IMG/VR virus record: IMGVR_UViG_3300017917_001903
Location: 22,857 to 86,856 of that record
DNA: 64,000 nt
Origin: a virus
Direction: 5' to 3' (one strand)
Each line of letters begins with the position of its first letter. The stretch's first letter is position 1. Below, piece by piece: positions 1-9,009 of the stretch. Position numbers and translations under genes: made by a program. The notes under the pieces are model-generated. The model searched no databases. It was not told the DNA's origin and worked only from the letters and a program-made list of their open reading frames with translations.

Positions 1-137
1 CATCTCTTGCCTCTCCTTATGAGTAAGTTTGATGACACGCAGAATATTTAAAGAGGGTTGAGCGTCCTAAGTCCTCTACTACTATTTAGATAGTCTTAGT
101 ATAATACTACAATTTTATTGGTTTGTCAACAGGTAGA

Positions 138-581
138 TTACTTACACCAACTCTGTTTGGCTTCGCCGTAATACTCACGTGCATAGCCCTTGCTGATTAG
201 CAGGCCACGTAGACTTTGTCCATCGATGATTACATCGCCTAGTACACGACCACCATACTTGTCCCAATCCATTAGAACAATCTGTAGCTTCTTTGCACCG
301 GCAATTGAATCTTTGGTAAACTTAGTTGCTTCTTGGCCACGTGCATCTTCGCTAGGGCACATAGCTCTGTGGCCTTTTTCTGGTGTGTCTACACCAAACA
401 CACGAATGCTTAGTTCTTTCTTAAGAGGTTCAGGCAACCATGGCGCGGCAAACGCAACTGTGTCACCATCAATAACTCTTAGTATTGTAGCATCGTATGT
501 TACACCTGGCTTCTGCTTCTGTGCGAATGCTGGTGTTGCTGACACTAGTAGGGCCGCTACTAGCATAATTTGTTTGATCAT
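138..581 (-). CDS. Thermonuclease (staphylococcal nuclease family) with signal peptide
   Basis: RVIDGDT, IRVFGVDTPE and DKYGGRVLG SNase motifs; hydrophobic N-terminus ending AFA; start moved to the ATG at 581 after an AGGGG RBS. Confidence 0.9.
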   Translation of the reverse strand: MIKQIMLVAALLVSATPAFAQKQKPGVTYDATILRVIDGDTVAFAAPWLPEPLKKELSIRVFGVDTPEKGHRAMCPSEDARGQEATKFTKDSIAGAKKLQIVLMDWDKYGGRVLGDVIIDGQSLRGLLISKGYAREYYGEAKQSWCK

Positions 582-585
582 AAAA

Positions 586-630
586 ATACCCCTGTGTGCT
601 TTATTGTTATATTTATGCACACAGGGGTAT
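586..630 (-). promoter_or_regulatory. 14-bp hairpin covering the nuclease RBS, with a late promoter (CATAAATA) at the loop
   Basis: ATACCCCTGTGTGC / GCACACAGGGGTAT perfect inverted repeat ending 4 nt before the ATG. Confidence 0.7.
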
Positions 631-636
631 CTAAAG

Positions 637-1191
637 TTAACTCATCTTATGGAATGAGTGGTTTCCAATTGTAGCAGTTCTAATAAAGTGTCTGCTCCAA
701 TCCGGATTTACTATGTTATAATTAAAATAATGTGTTGCACCATGGGTAGGGTCGCGAGTCCTACCTGATAAAACTTGAAATGCAATACGCATACTTTTAA
801 TCCATTCGTCATGGCTTCTGATGCGATCAGAATTACCATCACAGATCCAGCTGAATTGACAACTGCCTCCGATACGTTGGTAAACAACGCCACAAACTGA
901 TTTTGGAAATCTATGATGTGCTGCCCTGTTTAGTGTAACATGGGCTACAGCCTTCATTCCGCGCTCAGATTCGCCGCGGGCTTCAAAGTATACATTTTTA
1001 GCAAGACACATAAGTTGAGTTTTATCTATCGTGCTTACACTCTCATTATTTTTTACCCTATTGGTAATGAGCCCTTGCTCTAACTCAACTCTAGTTTGAG
1101 CTATTGCTGGATCAATACCTTTAAGCATTAAAAATGACATCAACGCGAATAACGCTACTGCTATTAATGCTTTTGTTCTTGACTTGGGCAT
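637..1191 (-). CDS. Cell wall hydrolase, SleB/Hydrolase_2 family
   Basis: CLAKNVYFEARGE, CQFSW, GATHYF, IGNHSF; N-terminal TM/signal. Confidence 0.9.
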   Translation of the reverse strand: MPKSRTKALIAVALFALMSFLMLKGIDPAIAQTRVELEQGLITNRVKNNESVSTIDKTQLMCLAKNVYFEARGESERGMKAVAHVTLNRAAHHRFPKSVCGVVYQRIGGSCQFSWICDGNSDRIRSHDEWIKSMRIAFQVLSGRTRDPTHGATHYFNYNIVNPDWSRHFIRTATIGNHSFHKMS

Positions 1192-1286
1192 AGTCCTACC
1201 TCCTTTCGACTTTGGGTCTACAATCGTTCTGTAACTATGTCTTATGTCTACTACAAAAGTTTTCCTGTTAGTAGAGATACTGTATG

Positions 1287-1574
1287 TTAGACCATTTTAA
1301 TTGAAGATGTAGCTTCAATAAAGGCCTTTGCAATCTGCTCTTGTGTATGACCGTATGTAATGATTGCAGACTTATTTAGTCGAATACGGTCGGGCAAACT
1401 GCTGATCATCCAGGGTACAAAACCCATACCCTGTGCATTTCCAGCAAGTGTTACTGGCTTGCTGACATAGAAGCTGGAATCATCCTCGCTATCAAAACGA
1501 GCGATTACTTCCTCGCCACTAAGTAGTTTAATGGTGATTGTGTCACCATTAGAAATTGGTTTTTGAATTAACAT
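1287..1574 (-). CDS. Small Sm-like-fold phage protein
   Basis: TIKLLSGEEVIAR...GMGFVPW pattern; similar to 42665..43009. Confidence 0.55.
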   Translation of the reverse strand: MLIQKPISNGDTITIKLLSGEEVIARFDSEDDSSFYVSKPVTLAGNAQGMGFVPWMISSLPDRIRLNKSAIITYGHTQEQIAKAFIEATSSIKMV

Positions 1575-1680
1575 GCTATTTAATTACCTTTTTATGCAGT
1601 AAAGTTACATTATACACTGGTTTTTTTAAAAAATCAACCGTTTTTTAGAAGAATTTTTGTTTTCTGTTAAATAATTGCGT

Positions 1681-1768
1681 GGACAGAATATGTTCAGTCT
1701 AACAATAAATGTTTTGCGTCCCTCTTAGTATACGCTATATAGTAGCCCAGTGCTGCAACTGACTGTCC
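1681..1768. ncRNA. Candidate structured intergenic RNA
   Basis: Outer GGACAG/CTGTCC and inner TCAG/CTGA stems enclose short hairpins; no ORF. Confidence 0.3.
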
Positions 1769-1805
1769 TAATTTAATGAGTAGTTGGTAGGCGCCTACCA
1801 AATAC

Positions 1806-2642
1806 TTACTTAAATTCAATATTGACTGGTGCACCAGTCAAGTCTTTTACTACGTTTACGGTAGAGAACTCAAACTCTTCTCCGGTAATTCTGCGCCAAA
1901 GTTCCCATTGTAGCAATAAAGTATTGGCTGCACCGCGGGTGCCGTGTAGATGCATGATTTTTGCATCATTCATATGAATACCATTCCAATTTTTTAGATA
2001 TGCTTGTAGTGCAGGATTGTCTACATCACCAAATGGTACATTCATTGCTTGGAAGTTCATATCAGGACGCAACCAAGTTTTTACATCGGGGTCTTGGCTG
2101 TACATCATGGCATTGAAAATGATCTGCTCAGTACCCCAAATATCGTAATCCCAATCTTTTGCATAACTCCACCCAAGGTCCCAAAGTTCCTTAGGCATGG
2201 TGCTTGGATAGTAGCGCACGCCAGCGTTGAAATAATGTTCATGCTGTAGGCCATATTTGTTGTTAGCATCATCGCCTGACAATGTCTTTGGGTCAGTGTA
2301 ATTGAACAACTGGAACCTATCAAACTTACCAAATACCTCAACTGGTCCAACAACCAATGTGTCGCAGTCTAGGAACAGGATGTTGTGCGGACCATCCGCG
2401 CTGTTGAATTCGCTGTATACATGATCAAAGTTCTTGTGGAAGATTTCCTGATAACTGTCAACTTCGTCTTGGAACACTACGTATTCAAAATCTTCTTGAA
2501 TAAAAGTTTCAGCACTGTGAATTACAATCTCACTCATTGCCTGATAAACTTTGTGTGTGTTTTCGGCCCCCAACTGTTTGTTATATTCTAACTTACCGTT
2601 GGGCTTGATTTTGCTCACAGCCATACATAAGATATTGCTCAT
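1806..2642 (-). CDS. GT-A fold glycosyltransferase
   Basis: ILFLDCD (DxD), YFNAGV, EQIIFN and IMHLHG motifs, as in GT8-like enzymes. Confidence 0.75.
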   Translation of the reverse strand: MSNILCMAVSKIKPNGKLEYNKQLGAENTHKVYQAMSEIVIHSAETFIQEDFEYVVFQDEVDSYQEIFHKNFDHVYSEFNSADGPHNILFLDCDTLVVGPVEVFGKFDRFQLFNYTDPKTLSGDDANNKYGLQHEHYFNAGVRYYPSTMPKELWDLGWSYAKDWDYDIWGTEQIIFNAMMYSQDPDVKTWLRPDMNFQAMNVPFGDVDNPALQAYLKNWNGIHMNDAKIMHLHGTRGAANTLLLQWELWRRITGEEFEFSTVNVVKDLTGAPVNIEFK

Positions 2643-3292
2643 AGAAATAACTCCGCTGGCATCAAATCAACCATACTAATATAATTTTGGTTAGCTGTAA
2701 TAATCATTATGTTATTATCTGTTTTATTGCTGTTATGCTTTAGCTGTAGCAGTCTGGTAGAAAAACCTAAATCCGTTGCAATCTTTGCAAGCTCGGTTCT
2801 AAAGTAATTTAATTCATTGTTGGGGATATCTTCGATAATAAAAATTCCCGTGGCACTAAGTTGTTTAAAACTATTTTCAAAAAATACTTTGTTGGCCTTG
2901 TATGTATGCAAGCCGTCGTCAATGATAATATCAAAATTATCCGCACCTACCTGACTCCACATTTCACTAACAACAGCTGGGTTAGTTTGGTCAACGTAGA
3001 ACTTGGTTATGCGTTCTTCTGGTTGAAGAATATCCTTGTCAATATCTGCCGCGTAAATTTGTGCATTTGGAAAAAACTCTCGCCATCCACGTAGACTGCC
3101 ACCGGGCGAATAAATCTGTTTCATATGGCTAGCGATTGAAGGGTTAACTGATCCAATTCCTAGCTCAAAAAGTTTTTTAACTTCGTTTCGCAAATTGTTA
3201 AACAATACAGAATAAATCTGCGTATAATTATGCCAATCATCGCCTTTATCACTGCCGTGATTTTTCATTATGTTACAAAGTTCTGTTTTCAC
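2639..3292 (-). CDS. SAM-dependent (sugar O-)methyltransferase
   Basis: GSDK..H.Y, LFELGIG, FDIIIDDGLH, IFIIEDI. Confidence 0.8.
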   Translation of the reverse strand: MKTELCNIMKNHGSDKGDDWHNYTQIYSVLFNNLRNEVKKLFELGIGSVNPSIASHMKQIYSPGGSLRGWREFFPNAQIYAADIDKDILQPEERITKFYVDQTNPAVVSEMWSQVGADNFDIIIDDGLHTYKANKVFFENSFKQLSATGIFIIEDIPNNELNYFRTELAKIATDLGFSTRLLQLKHNSNKTDNNIMIITANQNYISMVDLMPAELFL

Positions 3293-3371
3293 GGAATTTC
3301 CTATAAGCCTAAATACTGTTTCGTTATTTAACTGCTAAAACCTGTCAAGCAGGCTATTACTGGCTGGGGCA

Positions 3372-3575
3372 TTAGCCCATTATTTCTAATATTTCAAAAG
3401 CATCTCGAGCCCACTGTATATCGGGCTCATCTATAAAACCATTGTCCGATACCATGACATCTCGGTAGAAACAACGCTGTAGCCAAACCCACTTTCCGGT
3501 AACAGTCTTGTGCGGAAGCACAGCAAATGTATGCTTCCAATCGCTAACTGCATATAGGTGCAAATACTCAGCCAT
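3372..3575 (-). CDS. Hypothetical protein
   Basis: ORF in tightly packed operon. Confidence 0.6.
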   Translation of the reverse strand: MAEYLHLYAVSDWKHTFAVLPHKTVTGKWVWLQRCFYRDVMVSDNGFIDEPDIQWARDAFEILEIMG

Positions 3576-3798
3576 TCGTGTCTGACATAGCTAATATAAA
3601 GAATCCGGCATTTGCAGGAGTCATTGTGATAAATTCATGGCCGGGCCAACTTAGCATACGTACACCATAATGATGGCCTAAAAACCTGTCAACAATTTGT
3701 AGGCTAATGCCACGATACTTGAAATTATAGTGTTGCATCAACCAATTTTCAAAGTTCTTAAACTGCGAATCAGTCAATTTAAACTTAGTTAGATTCAT
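3568..3798 (-). CDS. Hypothetical protein
   Basis: ATGA overlap with the upstream gene. Confidence 0.55.
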   Translation of the reverse strand: MNLTKFKLTDSQFKNFENWLMQHYNFKYRGISLQIVDRFLGHHYGVRMLSWPGHEFITMTPANAGFFILAMSDTNG

Positions 3799-4025
3799 CC
3801 CCACCTCAGAATAAACATAGCTAAGTCTTCTTTGCACTCAAAGGTCAACACCATGCCTTCATGCTTATAACGAGCACCAATACCAGTATCATCTAGCCAT
3901 TCAACAATGTGTTCAACATTGTCAACCCACCAGCTAGCACTTTTGATAATAGCATAGTTGCCTATGCCTTCTAAATCGCCGACTAGGAAATGTCCAGCAT
4001 TGTCACCCAGTGTAACTTCGCCCAT
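3795..4025 (-). CDS. Hypothetical protein
   Basis: ORF ending AMFILRWG; start at MGEV. Confidence 0.6.
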   Translation of the reverse strand: MGEVTLGDNAGHFLVGDLEGIGNYAIIKSASWWVDNVEHIVEWLDDTGIGARYKHEGMVLTFECKEDLAMFILRWG

Positions 4026-4038
4026 ACGATCAGTTACC

Positions 4039-5064
4039 TTAGCCTTTTTGCTGTGCATGTTCGTAGAGTGCAAAACTAGCAAGATTCTTGGCCTTGCTTT
4101 CGCACATGATATCAAAGTTGTCGCGGAAGGTTAAGGCCCAGTCGTTAACTGCACTGTTCCAGTAGTAGTCGCTGTGTGCGCGAAGTTTTGCTTTCTTATG
4201 CCCTTGTGCAAGCAGTGTGTCTAAGCACGGGCGGCTGACACGGCAGGCATCAGGTAGTTGGTCTTCTCTGCTGACACTATAATGTATGACAGGACGCACA
4301 CCACGCCAACTATCAATAACCCTTTTAACACGGTCGTCATTTGCATCTATGTACTCTCCATTTCTAATCCAGTGGTGGTGAATGTCCAGTACCAGCGCAC
4401 AGTGGTCTACAAGCTCTAGGCTCGAATTGAGACCCCAGGACATTTCGTCGTTTTCGATTGTGAGGGTGTTTCTTGCTTCGGTGCTGAGTCTTGGGATAAC
4501 TCGCTTGATACCCTCGGGGCCTTGGCGACCCGCGATGTGGACGTTGATTTTAAAGTCCTGAAACGATTTACCATACCCCATCCATCGCGCCATATCTGCA
4601 TGGTATTCAAATTCCTCTATACTGCGGTCAACAATGTCTGGAGTGTCGCTTGCAAGTACACAAAATTGTCCGGGGTGAAAACTAAGTCGGACGCCGGTGT
4701 TTCGAGCGAGCTCACCAATAGCTGCAAAACGAGGTACCATAGCATCAATGACATCCACACGATTCCAAAAATAAGACCAGCTAGGCTCAGTATAAACGGG
4801 AAGAATATCACTGCCAAGACGCACCATGCGAAGATCTTCAGGTAACGTGGAAACATACTCAACTAATCTCCTTGCCGATTCAGTGTTATGTAACATAATA
4901 TCCCAAAGACGCTGTTCGGCATCATCCCGGGATTGTCTATTTAACCAGGCTACAGTTGTAGCTTTGGTGTTTAGAGGACGCTGTAATTCCTCTAAAATAC
5001 GTTTGGGCTGACTCTGATCTGGGTGCATATATTTACATGCAAAACCAATGCGTTTAACTGTCAT
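4039..5064 (-). CDS. uvsE: UV damage repair endonuclease UvsE/UvdE
   Basis: RIGFAC, RLGSD, RLSFHPGQF, TIENDE, LDIHHHW, HSDY, CESKAK. Confidence 0.92.
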   Translation of the reverse strand: MTVKRIGFACKYMHPDQSQPKRILEELQRPLNTKATTVAWLNRQSRDDAEQRLWDIMLHNTESARRLVEYVSTLPEDLRMVRLGSDILPVYTEPSWSYFWNRVDVIDAMVPRFAAIGELARNTGVRLSFHPGQFCVLASDTPDIVDRSIEEFEYHADMARWMGYGKSFQDFKINVHIAGRQGPEGIKRVIPRLSTEARNTLTIENDEMSWGLNSSLELVDHCALVLDIHHHWIRNGEYIDANDDRVKRVIDSWRGVRPVIHYSVSREDQLPDACRVSRPCLDTLLAQGHKKAKLRAHSDYYWNSAVNDWALTFRDNFDIMCESKAKNLASFALYEHAQQKG

Positions 5065-5317
5065 GTTTATTTCTCATCAAATCAAGGGCGGTGTCAATAG
5101 CGGCATCGTGGCGTTTATTATGGTCAAACTCGTTAATGTCTATTACAGACTTTGTTAGGCTGCTAATACAGTATACTAGCATACTGGTTAAATCAGCAAT
5201 AGATGCGCCCGAAATAACCAAATCATGTTTGGCTACAGGATTTAGATCTTCATCAAATTCAACAAGATATACACCGTATGTGCCAGTATCGTGTACAATT
5301 CTATAGTCTGTGATCAT
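5054..5317 (-). CDS. Hypothetical protein
   Basis: First ORF after a TTGACA-type promoter at about 5322-5351. Confidence 0.6.
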   Translation of the reverse strand: MITDYRIVHDTGTYGVYLVEFDEDLNPVAKHDLVISGASIADLTSMLVYCISSLTKSVIDINEFDHNKRHDAAIDTALDLMRNKHDS

Positions 5318-5401
5318 AGTTTTATTGTACGACTAAACTTGAGTTTTGTCAACCAACATTTGATAAATATGTTTATAAAACTTACCTTAATGGAGAATGC
5401 T

Positions 5402-6028
5402 GTGGTAGCACCTGTCAATAACAAAATCAAAAAATACAACTTAGCAGGTTTAAATGCTAATGTTGAATTAGGCAAACAAGGTTCATATATTTCAGGCAAC
5501 GCTAGCGCGATTGGTTTCTATACCAGCGCAGGCGCATTACAAAAGATTGCTATTGCTAACGCAACTGTAGGCAACGAAGCTGTTACAAAGGCACAATTAG
5601 ATGCAGCCGCTGGCGAACTAGTACAGCATATTACTGTTGATGTTGATTACAACTCCGGTAGTGCTAACCTAGCAAGCATTGCAGCCGGTAGCAGAATTTT
5701 AAGTGTTACTGTTGATATTCCCGGTGCATGGGGCGGTACTGCTGACAATACTACTACATTCATTGAAGTAGGTGATAGCAGTAACGGATCACGCTTTATC
5801 CGCGCACAGGACGTTGATGTATTGAAGGTAGGACAATACCACAGCCAATATCAATATGAATATACCAGTGCCGGCACATTAACATACAGTGTAACGCAAG
5901 GCAGTGCAAGTAGCGGTGCAGCTACAATTAGTGTTGTTCTAGCAAGTGACGCTGTAACTGTTACAGACTACGGTTCAATTAACCAAGCACAAAACAGCAA
6001 CGGCGATTTAGGCAACATTACGCTTTAA
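5402..6028 (+). CDS. Putative virion structural protein (paralog of next gene)
   Basis: Late promoter GATAAATA near 5362; G/S/T/N/V-rich; N-terminus KKYNLAGLNANVELGKQG. Confidence 0.6.
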   Translation: MVAPVNNKIKKYNLAGLNANVELGKQGSYISGNASAIGFYTSAGALQKIAIANATVGNEAVTKAQLDAAAGELVQHITVDVDYNSGSANLASIAAGSRILSVTVDIPGAWGGTADNTTTFIEVGDSSNGSRFIRAQDVDVLKVGQYHSQYQYEYTSAGTLTYSVTQGSASSGAATISVVLASDAVTVTDYGSINQAQNSNGDLGNITL

Positions 6029-6040
6029 TAGGAGACCAGC

Positions 6041-6574
6041 GTGGTAGACTCAGTAAAACAATACAACTTAGCTGGCGTAGCTGCTAATGTTGAGTTAGGC
6101 AAGCAAGGTCCTGTTATTGATGGCAGTAACGCTAGTGTAATTGCTTTCAAAGACAAAAACGGTAATGCTAGTGTAATTACAGTAGCGGCAGGCACAGATC
6201 CTACTCATGCTGTCACATTAGATCAACTAGGCGACATCAGCGGCAACGCACTATCTTATGTAACTACTACAGTTAACTACAATTCAGGTAATGTTGTTGT
6301 AGGAAACATTAGTGCAGATAGCTTTGTTCATAGTGTGAGCGTAGAAAAGGGTGCCGGTAACTGGGCCGGTGCTGATGCAAATACAGAAATCACTGTAGGC
6401 GATACAGGTAGTGCCACTAGATTGTTTAGTGGGTTTGATACTTCTATGCAGGTCACACTTGATACAAAATACAAGTATGCAAGCGCCGACACAATTAGTA
6501 TTTTTGTTACACAGGGCGGCGCAAGTTCTGGTACTGCAAAAGTAACTATTTGGTATTCAGGAACTATTAACTAA
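6041..6574 (+). CDS. Putative virion structural protein (paralog of previous gene)
   Basis: N-terminus KQYNLAGVAANVELGKQG; shared VxYNSG, VGD and VTQG.ASSG.A motifs. Confidence 0.6.
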   Translation: MVDSVKQYNLAGVAANVELGKQGPVIDGSNASVIAFKDKNGNASVITVAAGTDPTHAVTLDQLGDISGNALSYVTTTVNYNSGNVVVGNISADSFVHSVSVEKGAGNWAGADANTEITVGDTGSATRLFSGFDTSMQVTLDTKYKYASADTISIFVTQGGASSGTAKVTIWYSGTIN

Positions 6575-7485
6575 TGAAAATATACGATATTCTAGAAGGC
6601 AAGGGCGAAAACCGCGAACTGTGGGATCGCATCAAATCAAAAGGTGTAGTGCCCAGCATCGATCGCGAACGTTACACTGACATGTCCGGTGAAGGACTAG
6701 AAGGTCCGTTCCGTATGAAGAACGGACAAGTATTGTACTACGATCCAAAAGAAGGCAAGTACTATAATCGAGATACAGATATGTACGTTGACTACGATGA
6801 CTATCGTGCAATGAATGAAGAAGATGCATACGACAAAGATGTTAAACCTTCTGGCAAGCCACATGATAAAGAAGCGGCTGCAAAACGTGCTAAGGCAGCG
6901 GCATTGGCAGCAGCTAAAAAAGCCAAAGAGCAAGGTATGGCGGAAGCTAGCGGCGACCAAGTTAAAAAAGTGTTTAAGAAAAATGGCGAGCCAGTAGGCG
7001 AAGTTGGTATTGATCCAGAAGCAAGTCCTGGTAACGGTCAATGGTACATGAAGTGCTATGCTTACAATATAGACAATTCAGGCTACGACTCATACGAAGA
7101 AGCTGTAGAAGAATTAAAATATTGTTTAAAGCAAGGTGTAGCCGAAGGCGACAAGCGTCCAGACTACGTAGTTAAAGCCAGCGACAAACCAAAGAAGGTT
7201 AAGCCAAGCATGGGCGGATCAAGCCCCCATCCTTATCAGGGCAAGCTAGTAGGTGCCACAGAAGCAGAAGTTGGTAGCACAGACTATCAATGGACACACG
7301 GTAAAAAGCCAAGTGGTCAAGGTAGCTGGTTCTTTGTTGCACATCGTGGCGGTGTTAACTTCTACAAAGATGTAGAGGGTGAAGATTACATTCAGCTACA
7401 TGGCATGAGCTACGGAGAAGCAAAGAAAGCAGCCATCAAGTGGGCAAAGTCCAAAGGACACACAAGCCTATTTGTAGGAACCTAA
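6574..7485 (+). CDS. Modular putative internal head (cargo) polyprotein
   Basis: N-terminus MKIYDILE; short modules separated by MNEE, QGMAEA, QGVAEG and ATEAE. Confidence 0.55.
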   Translation: MKIYDILEGKGENRELWDRIKSKGVVPSIDRERYTDMSGEGLEGPFRMKNGQVLYYDPKEGKYYNRDTDMYVDYDDYRAMNEEDAYDKDVKPSGKPHDKEAAAKRAKAAALAAAKKAKEQGMAEASGDQVKKVFKKNGEPVGEVGIDPEASPGNGQWYMKCYAYNIDNSGYDSYEEAVEELKYCLKQGVAEGDKRPDYVVKASDKPKKVKPSMGGSSPHPYQGKLVGATEAEVGSTDYQWTHGKKPSGQGSWFFVAHRGGVNFYKDVEGEDYIQLHGMSYGEAKKAAIKWAKSKGHTSLFVGT

Positions 7486-7503
7486 CAATTTATTTTACAA
7501 CAC

Positions 7504-7530
7504 AATGGGCCTTAATGGCCCATTTTTTTT
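7504..7530 (+). terminator. Rho-independent terminator
   Basis: AATGGGCC-TTAAT-GGCCCATT followed by a T run. Confidence 0.8.
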
Positions 7531-7559
7531 CGCCGTAAGTAACACACAGGAGTAGTAAG

Positions 7560-7709
7560 ATGGCAAAAAAATCACTAGGCGCTAATACAGCACCACACGT
7601 AAAGATTGAAAAAAGAACCAGCCAGGGTAGCAAAAACCCAAAGCCCAAGACCAGTTCAATGAATAAGCATAAACGCAGATCATTTAAGAAGTACCGAGGA
7701 CAAGGCTGA
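7560..7709 (+). CDS. Small basic protein (49 aa, ends KKYRGQG), missing from ORF track
   Basis: AGGAG RBS; MAKKSLGANTAPHVKIEKRTSQGSKNPKPKTSSMNKHKRRSFKKYRGQG. Confidence 0.75.
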   Translation: MAKKSLGANTAPHVKIEKRTSQGSKNPKPKTSSMNKHKRRSFKKYRGQG

Positions 7710-7728
7710 TCATAAGTATATTATACTT

Positions 7729-9009
7729 ATGGTTTCTGTTTATTATAGTAATAACTCCACAGGCAATGAAGTTTACGATCTTTGTGTTTACAAAGACCCA
7801 TCAACGTTGCCGTTCAATCTGCCGTTATATAACGGCAGCGGAAGATACATCTATCCTATTCTCCTGAGCAGTCAAATTTGTACTAAATGGAATTCACACG
7901 TAACCGGTGCTGTTCCAAATATTGTTGAAAAAGAATTTGGCAGCTACGACAATTTTTTTATTGCCATTCCTGAAAAAGTACTCAGTGATGTTCGTAGCAA
8001 CATTTGTAAAATTGTATTTGATTATTCCAACGAGCTAGCTGATGTTCTGCATGGTGCAGTTGGCGAATATGCTGTTCCTATCATTCAGAATACAATGAAA
8101 AAGTATAATCTGCATAAGGATCATGTTTTATTCTGTACAGGAAACTACAAGTCGACCTGCGAACACGAATCATTTCATGTATGCATATTAAATGTATGCT
8201 GGCAAACTATACCTGTTAATCACCAACTAGTTGAAGAACAAAAAAAATTAATTTCTATATCGCATCAACGTAATAAAAAAATATTATGCTTGATGAGACT
8301 TCCGCATTCTCATCGTTTATTATTTGGGCAACTTATTCACAAGCATCAGTTGTTATCAGATAACATAGTATCGTTGATGAATCCTAATCAAACAGTTAAT
8401 ATCAATGAAAAACTTTTCCTACAAAAAACACCATTCAACAAAGAATTTATAGATAGCTTGCCATGGATTGCCGACATAGATCATAGAAATTATAAATTTG
8501 ATCATAATAATATCTGGCAGCAAACTATTAAAGAAGTTCCTTGGTTTATTAATCGACCTGAGGAACAGCAACTATACTTGCAAACATACATGAACTGTGT
8601 GATTGAAACTGTGGTAGAAAGTACTACTGCCAGTTTAAATAATGTAGAGCTTGACTTTAGCGAAAAAACCTTTAAGCCAATTTCAACGCTGCAACCTTTT
8701 ATAGTTTACGGACAACCAGGTATACTTAAATACCTAAGGGAACGCGGATACAAAACATTTGATCGTTGGTGGGACGAAAGTTACGATAGTACCTATCACA
8801 CAAGATCTCGACAGTATATGGTATTTGAAATCTTTAAAAAATTCTCCAGCGCAAGTCATACTGAGCTTGCCAGTTTGTTAAATGAAATGTTGCCTGTACT
8901 AGAACATAACTTTGAACTGTTTGCTGATACTGTTGAGAATTATCGTTATCTAGATCATTTTAATCAAACCCTTAATACAATGTTTGGCAATTATGTACAC
9001 AGCAATTAA
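7729..9009 (+). CDS. Putative glycosyltransferase-like protein (GT-B/GT10-like C-terminus)
   Basis: SEKTFKPI..LQPFIVYG...GYKTFDRWWDESYD; AT-rich. Confidence 0.5.
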   Translation: MVSVYYSNNSTGNEVYDLCVYKDPSTLPFNLPLYNGSGRYIYPILLSSQICTKWNSHVTGAVPNIVEKEFGSYDNFFIAIPEKVLSDVRSNICKIVFDYSNELADVLHGAVGEYAVPIIQNTMKKYNLHKDHVLFCTGNYKSTCEHESFHVCILNVCWQTIPVNHQLVEEQKKLISISHQRNKKILCLMRLPHSHRLLFGQLIHKHQLLSDNIVSLMNPNQTVNINEKLFLQKTPFNKEFIDSLPWIADIDHRNYKFDHNNIWQQTIKEVPWFINRPEEQQLYLQTYMNCVIETVVESTTASLNNVELDFSEKTFKPISTLQPFIVYGQPGILKYLRERGYKTFDRWWDESYDSTYHTRSRQYMVFEIFKKFSSASHTELASLLNEMLPVLEHNFELFADTVENYRYLDHFNQTLNTMFGNYVHSN

